Shown here one piece after another: positions 59,041-64,000 of a stretch of DNA of 64,000 bases (position 1 is its first letter; each line of letters opens with the position of its first letter). The position numbers and the translations under genes were made by a program. Source of the DNA: Candidatus Eremiobacteria bacterium (GTDB lineage Bacteria > Vulcanimicrobiota > Vulcanimicrobiia > Vulcanimicrobiales > Vulcanimicrobiaceae). The DNA is taken from the NCBI GenBank assembly GCA_963758295.1, contig CAVWUU010000004.1:160001-224000 (forward strand), read 5' to 3'. The notes under the pieces were generated by a model. It was given only the letters and a program-made list of their open reading frames with translations, searched no databases and was not told the origin of the DNA.

Positions 59041-60203
59041 GCGTGAGCCGGCATTTCGATCCAGGACCGGTAGTATGCACCGTCTTCAACTTCGAGCGCG
59101 TTCTGTGCCATTTGCAGCGGCTTGAACGTATCGACCATGACGGCTATTTCATCCGTCGACGTTTTGCCCAAGCTCGCTTCGACGGCACCGGGCTGCGGGC
59201 CGTGCGGCGCGCCGGCGGCATGTAACGTGATCGACCCTTCCTCGACGCCGCGCCGGCTCATGAAGTTTCCGCTTACGTAGTACAAAACTTCGTCGCAGTC
59301 TACGCTTGAGTGATTGTACGGAACCGGAATCGCGAGCGGGTGATAATCGAACAATCGTGGCACGAACGCGCAAAATGCCGCACCGGGAGCTTCGAAGGTC
59401 GCGTGTGCGGGCGGCGGCTGATGGAGTTTGCCGGTGATCGGCATGAATTCCGAAAGGTTGAACGCGTAGGGATAGCAATAGCCGTCCCAGCCGACCACGT
59501 CGCACGGGTGATTTTGCACGGTGTAGATCGCGTTGCGTCCCGCGTTGCTCACGCGAACTTCGTACTCGCCGACCTGATCTACCGGCGCTTTCAAGAGCGG
59601 CGCACGAAAATCGCGTTCGTAATACGGCGCGTGTTCTTCCAGCTGGCCGAACTCATTGCGGTACTTTCGAGGGATTTTCACCATGCCGGCCGATTCGTGA
59701 ACGAGCATTCGCGTCGGCGACGACGGAAGAACACGGTACGTCGTTCCGGTCGGAATTACGACGTAGTCGTGTTCGCGATAGGCGAGATCGCCAAACGGTG
59801 TCTCGATGACGCCGTCGCCGTGATGGATGAAGAGCAATTCATCGCCGCCGGTATTCCGGTACCAGTACTCCATCGCCGCGTCGGCCTGCGCAATGGAAAC
59901 CAGAATGTCGCTGTTGCCTAACATCGGCGTGCGCGACGAAATTGCGTCGCCGCCGAGCTTAACGGTAGCGGTCTTGAAGTGACGATTGCGGAGCGGATCG
60001 TTAGGAACGAACTGCGGTTTGGGACGGTCCCAGGCGCGCACTTCCAACGTCGCCGTCGGCGGTCGCTCGTGGTACAGCAACGAGTACACGCTCTCAAAGC
60101 CCTTGGTCGAGAACAGCTCCTCGGCGTAGAGGCCGCCGTCCGGCCGGCGAAACTGAATGTGGCGCTTGTGCGGGAACGACCCGGCGCGAACGTAAGACGG
60201 CAT
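59037..60203 (-). CDS. hmgA: Homogentisate 1,2-dioxygenase
   Basis: DVVGWDG, HQPPP.H, PYNHS.VDCDEVLYY, HGPQPG, VMVDTF.PL. Confidence 0.93.
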   Translation of the reverse strand: MPSYVRAGSFPHKRHIQFRRPDGGLYAEELFSTKGFESVYSLLYHERPPTATLEVRAWDRPKPQFVPNDPLRNRHFKTATVKLGGDAISSRTPMLGNSDILVSIAQADAAMEYWYRNTGGDELLFIHHGDGVIETPFGDLAYREHDYVVIPTGTTYRVLPSSPTRMLVHESAGMVKIPRKYRNEFGQLEEHAPYYERDFRAPLLKAPVDQVGEYEVRVSNAGRNAIYTVQNHPCDVVGWDGYCYPYAFNLSEFMPITGKLHQPPPAHATFEAPGAAFCAFVPRLFDYHPLAIPVPYNHSSVDCDEVLYYVSGNFMSRRGVEEGSITLHAAGAPHGPQPGAVEASLGKTSTDEIAVMVDTFKPLQMAQNALEVEDGAYYRSWIEMPAHA

Positions 60204-60416
60204 TTATTGCTCCTGTTTGGACGCCCGTTCCGGCGCAGAAAAGTTTGTCCGGTGGGTCCCGTCGCAGAACGGCTTGGTGGCCGATTGGCCGCAACGGCAC
60301 AGCACGAAGGTTTCGCCCTCGAGCGAATACTCGTTTCCTTCGGCGTCGACGAGCGTGACCGGCCCGGTGACGAGATAGGGGCCGTTCTCGCGAACTTTGA
60401 TTCGAACTTCCTGCAT
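60204..60416 (-). CDS. CDGSH iron-sulfur domain protein
   Basis: NGPYLV, LCRCGQS..KPFCDGTH. Confidence 0.92.
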   Translation of the reverse strand: MQEVRIKVRENGPYLVTGPVTLVDAEGNEYSLEGETFVLCRCGQSATKPFCDGTHRTNFSAPERASKQEQ

Positions 60417-60489
60417 CGCCGCAAGGCGTTCGCCGCGCACCGGGCGCAATCCGTCGCGGCGACGAGGGAGTTCTATTACAATGCCGGTG

Positions 60490-60981
60490 CTACGGAGCAG
60501 AAGTAGCGTAAAGGCCGGTAAGTGTTGCGGTCGCAAGCACGTGCTGCGCGATACGCGTTTGTAGTTGGCCGGCAGTCAAGGGAGCCGATTCACCTATCGA
60601 TTTTACATCCAGTGCGTAGAGCGTGAAAATATAGTGATGGGTTTTTCCAGGCGGGGGACACGGGCCGTAGTAGCCCGTGTTTCCCGCGCCGTTTGTTCCG
60701 GAATTTTTCGCCGGCATGGCCTCGCCCGCGGCAAGCTCCGTTTTCGACGCAGGCATGTCGTAGAGGACCCAGTGATCGAACCCGCCTGCGTGTGGTGCGT
60801 CGGGATCGTGCACGATAAGTGCGAAACTCTTCGTACCGGCCGGCGCACTTTTCCACTGCAACGCCGGAGAGATGTTTGCGCCGCCGCAATCCTTCGCGAC
60901 CATGCTCGTTGGAACGGTTGTGTTTGGTTTGAACGTCGTCGTCATGAGTTGCATGGCGAGCGTTGCGGCGGCGATAAACAT
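60490..60981 (-). CDS. YbhB/YbcL PEBP-family protein
   Basis: DPDAP, HW, YYGPCPPPG..HHY.F.LYALD. Confidence 0.92.
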   Translation of the reverse strand: MFIAAATLAMQLMTTTFKPNTTVPTSMVAKDCGGANISPALQWKSAPAGTKSFALIVHDPDAPHAGGFDHWVLYDMPASKTELAAGEAMPAKNSGTNGAGNTGYYGPCPPPGKTHHYIFTLYALDVKSIGESAPLTAGQLQTRIAQHVLATATLTGLYATSAP

Positions 60982-62993
60982 TATTTGAACTCGTTGTAGA
61001 AGGCTTGCGGGCTCATCGGGCGCCCCAAGAACTTCGCGACTTCAGCGTCGGGTTCGTACGTCCGTGCAGGCGCAAGAATATCATCGCGATACCGCATTCC
61101 GACAGCCGGATTCTCGAGGCCGCCCTTGAGAAACGCCGTGAACATGTCTTGAGCATACACCTTGGACCAAAGGTAGCCGTAATAGCCCGCGTCATAGCCG
61201 GACATCAAGTGACCGAAAGCGGCCTGCGGGAGGATTCCCGGGTACATCGGCATCGGCGAAACTTCTTTTGCCGTCGTCTCCCAGACCGCAGTCGTGTCGA
61301 CCTTCGGGCCCATCGTGTGGTAGCGCATGTCGACGTCTGCCAGCATGATTTGGCGCGTGGTCGAATACGCGTAGTCGACGTAGCGAGCAGCAATCATCTT
61401 CGAGATTAGGTCATCCGGCAACGGTTCGCCGGTTTTCCAGTTCGAGCTGATCTTCTTGAGGATCAACGGCTGCCACACGAAGTTTTCGAGCATCTGCGAA
61501 GGCGCCTCGACGAAGTCCTGACGGAACCCCGAGGAGAGCGTTTCATACGGCGCAGTTGCAAGCAGTGCGGCCATATTGTGCCCGAACTCGTGGAAGAACG
61601 TCACGACATCGTCGTGGCTCAAGAGCGCGGGTTGACCTGCGCCCGGTTTGGGCCAATTACCGACGATCGCCGCAACGGGCACGCGCGCCTTATCGGCCGT
61701 TACGCGATACGGTACGAGCGGCCAGTTTGCGAAGTGCTCGTACTTGCCTTCGCGCGGAAATAGGTCGAAATAGGTGAAGCCGAGCAGTTTGCCGGTCTTC
61801 GTGTCGGTAACGCGATACTCGAGCACGTCGGGAACCCACGCATCCGAGGGCGTGACGCGCGCAAAGTTCACGCCGAGCAGCGTGTGGTAGATGTCGAGAA
61901 CGGAGTCAATGGTGTGCTGCACGGGGAAGTACTGGCGCACCGCGTTGGTGTCGACCGAATACTTCGAAATTTGCAGCTGGTATTGATAGCGCGAAACGTC
62001 CCACGGGTTCAATTGCGCCTGCGGGTCTTTCGTTTCGGCAACCTTCAGTTGACGCAACTCTTCGATGTCCGTCTTGGCCTTCGGCATGATGGTCTTATCC
62101 AGATTGCCGAGGAACGACTCAACGCGTTGGGGGTTCCCCGCCATGCGATCGTCGAGGACGTACGCAGCCCAGTTCGGATAGCCCATCAAATGCGCGATGC
62201 GGTCGCGCGTGGCTATGGCTTGTTCCAGCAACTGCACGTTGGCACGGCCGCCGCGGTTGTTCAAGGCCATGTAGTACGCCTTGCGCGCTTGCTCGTCGCC
62301 CGCGTAACGCAAGAACGCGCCGGTGCTTTCGTTTACCGGAACGGTATACGAGCCGTCGGCATTTTTTTTGTAGCTTGCCAGCACGTCGGCAGGAATGCCG
62401 GTGCTTTGCGCGGCGCTGATCGTAATCGTCGTTTTATCTTCGGCGATATTCTGCTGATACGAATTCTGCAGATTCGTCAGGGTATTTTCGAGTGCGATGT
62501 ATTCTTTTCGCTGAGGCGGCGGAAGCGCGGCACCCGAGCGCTTCAGTCCGCTCAGCCAAAGCGCGGTGAGCTTCTTGTCGTAAACCGTTCTCGCGGTGCC
62601 GCTTTCGGAGGCCGCGGCAACGGCAGCGTAGAGTTTCGGATCGGCCGAGATAGTGTTATAAACGGTCGATTGTTTATTTTGACAGTCCAAAGCCGCGTCG
62701 CGTTCGGCTTTGCCCGGTGCGACGTTGAAAAGAAATTGCTGAACGACCGTGGCGTCGCTCAGATCGGCCTCGGCGTTCTCCAGCGGAATCATCGTGTTTT
62801 GGAACGTGCGTTTCGCGTGCGAGGCAAGAATGGTCTTCACACGCGACTGCAACGTCGCGATCTGCTGCGAGCATGTCGACGCGATCGTTTGCGCGTTCAT
62901 GTTCCAGTCGAGATTATCCGGAGCCGCCGGTGCGGCCGATGCCGGCAGTATCGTGGCCGCGGCCAGCAATACGTAGGCGATGGTTCGCTTCAT
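60981..62993 (-). CDS. Secreted M3A metallopeptidase (thimet-like)
   Basis: Signal peptide; DLFPREGK, FHEFGH, DFVEAPSQMLE, YDAGYYGYLWS. Confidence 0.93.
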   Translation of the reverse strand: MKRTIAYVLLAAATILPASAAPAAPDNLDWNMNAQTIASTCSQQIATLQSRVKTILASHAKRTFQNTMIPLENAEADLSDATVVQQFLFNVAPGKAERDAALDCQNKQSTVYNTISADPKLYAAVAAASESGTARTVYDKKLTALWLSGLKRSGAALPPPQRKEYIALENTLTNLQNSYQQNIAEDKTTITISAAQSTGIPADVLASYKKNADGSYTVPVNESTGAFLRYAGDEQARKAYYMALNNRGGRANVQLLEQAIATRDRIAHLMGYPNWAAYVLDDRMAGNPQRVESFLGNLDKTIMPKAKTDIEELRQLKVAETKDPQAQLNPWDVSRYQYQLQISKYSVDTNAVRQYFPVQHTIDSVLDIYHTLLGVNFARVTPSDAWVPDVLEYRVTDTKTGKLLGFTYFDLFPREGKYEHFANWPLVPYRVTADKARVPVAAIVGNWPKPGAGQPALLSHDDVVTFFHEFGHNMAALLATAPYETLSSGFRQDFVEAPSQMLENFVWQPLILKKISSNWKTGEPLPDDLISKMIAARYVDYAYSTTRQIMLADVDMRYHTMGPKVDTTAVWETTAKEVSPMPMYPGILPQAAFGHLMSGYDAGYYGYLWSKVYAQDMFTAFLKGGLENPAVGMRYRDDILAPARTYEPDAEVAKFLGRPMSPQAFYNEFK

Positions 62994-63560
62994 TCGTGAG
63001 TCTCCGCTTGGGGCAGGCCGAGTTGTCGAAACAGGGCATTCGGGTTAGCCGCGCGTCCTAAGAATCGTGCGACTTCGGTATCGGCATCGTACGTTCGCGC
63101 CGGTGCGAAGATTTGCTTCCGAAGCTTTAGCGCGATGCCGGCGTCGCCGTCCGGCGTCCCCGAGGACGCCGTCAGAAAGTCCCCGGCGTACATCCGCGCT
63201 CGGGAAGCACATACGGTGGGCCGTCGTTCTCGTTGATAAAGAAAAATAAATAGCGAGGATCGCGATGGGCCAAGGCTTCGAGATCGACACGCGGGCCCGA
63301 TTCGTGCCCTTGCAATGCTTGCATGGCGGGGTCGAGTTGCCGGGACGAGTCATAAGCTTCATCGAGCGAATGCGTCGCCGACGCGAGAGCGGCACTTTCG
63401 GCGTCCGTCTGTTTGCGCATCACGCGCATACGCGAGCCAATACCGATCACCGTGACCGCGTACGACCCGTCTCGGTGACGTTGAAGCCTCGCCGGCAAAT
63501 CAGCCGGGATGCCCCCCGGCCGCACCCGCTCGCGATCCCGGCAGGAGCCTCATGCCACTC
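62990..63560 (-). pseudogene. Internally deleted, frameshifted tandem paralogue of the M3 peptidase
   Basis: GIPADL...DGSYAV and IFAPARTYDADTEVARFLGR match GIPADV...DGSYTV and ILAPARTYEPDAEVAKFLGR; no HEXXH. Confidence 0.75.
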
Positions 63561-63638
63561 AAGTTGGGCGGACGCGAGCAGTAGCTTGAGACGGACGGCG
63601 CATAGGGTCTTATTCGGCAGTAGCGCGTCCGGCCCGTG

Positions 63639-63647
63639 TGGTATCAT
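63639..63647 (+). promoter_or_regulatory. Extended -10 promoter of SRP RNA
   Basis: TG-G-TATCAT about 7 nt before the RNA. Confidence 0.6.
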
Positions 63648-63653
63648 GGCCAG

Positions 63654-63771
<118 letters not shown>

Positions 63772-63779
63772 TTGCATTT

Positions 63780-64000
63780 ATGTCAAACGAAGCAATTTAC
63801 GCTGCGATTGCAGCTTTCGCAGGCGGCCTGATCGCGCTCGCCGTTTACCATGCCGCCGTCGTGCGGCCCGCCTTGGCGCGGATCACCGAGCTTTTGGGCG
63901 TCCACGACGACCTCATCGGCGGGGGTTCCGGCGCGGCGGACCGGCTTGCGCGCCTCGATGCTGCGCTTGCTGAAAACCACGCGGCCTTGCAGAGTGTGAA
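63780..64000 (+). CDS. N-terminally anchored coiled-coil protein (possibly DUF4446-like), partial
   Basis: MSNEAIYAAIAAFAGGLIALAVYH...; frame open to the window end; not in ORF track. Confidence 0.55.
   Translation, partial: MSNEAIYAAIAAFAGGLIALAVYHAAVVRPALARITELLGVHDDLIGGGSGAADRLARLDAALAENHAALQSV

Noticed and set aside
36621..63000. Long antisense ORFs (e.g. 36621..37679, 54803..55858, 61884..62999)
   Set aside because: They lie opposite well-supported genes, as expected in GC-rich DNA, and show no motifs

Overview
A GC-rich (roughly 60% by eye) bacterial chromosomal segment that is almost fully coding. Gene style suggests a soil lineage such as Eremiobacterota/Vulcanimicrobiota, but this is inference only. 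Contents: an amino-sugar module (discoidin-domain protein, APC permease, SIS protein, GH20); stress and repair genes; an accessory zone at about 18.4-26.3 kb (two paralogous PDZ-multi-TM-GAF sensors with no output domain, a CPCC fusion, gene remnants); a B12-dependent class II ribonucleotide reductase with NrdR boxes and many indels; yqeG-aroE; tRNA-Ser(GGA); a serA-pspA-ferritin-cobC-cobT-cobS operon; icd; an oligopeptide-binding protein; an Egt1/OvoA-like sulfoxide synthase; two c-di-GMP proteins; deoC-aldH with its usual short partner displaced by about 14 kb; a homogentisate pathway (hppD, hmgA, fahA) lacking maiA but carrying an uncharacterised gene; an M3 peptidase with a decayed tandem paralogue; and SRP RNA. 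I saw no CRISPR array, integrase, transposase or phage genes. Several real features are missing or mis-started in the ORF track: the gene at <1..1170, a BtuF-like remnant, the ATA-start cobC and an 81-nt structured element. Many single-base frameshifts are probably consensus errors. All assignments come from motif recognition; no searches were run.
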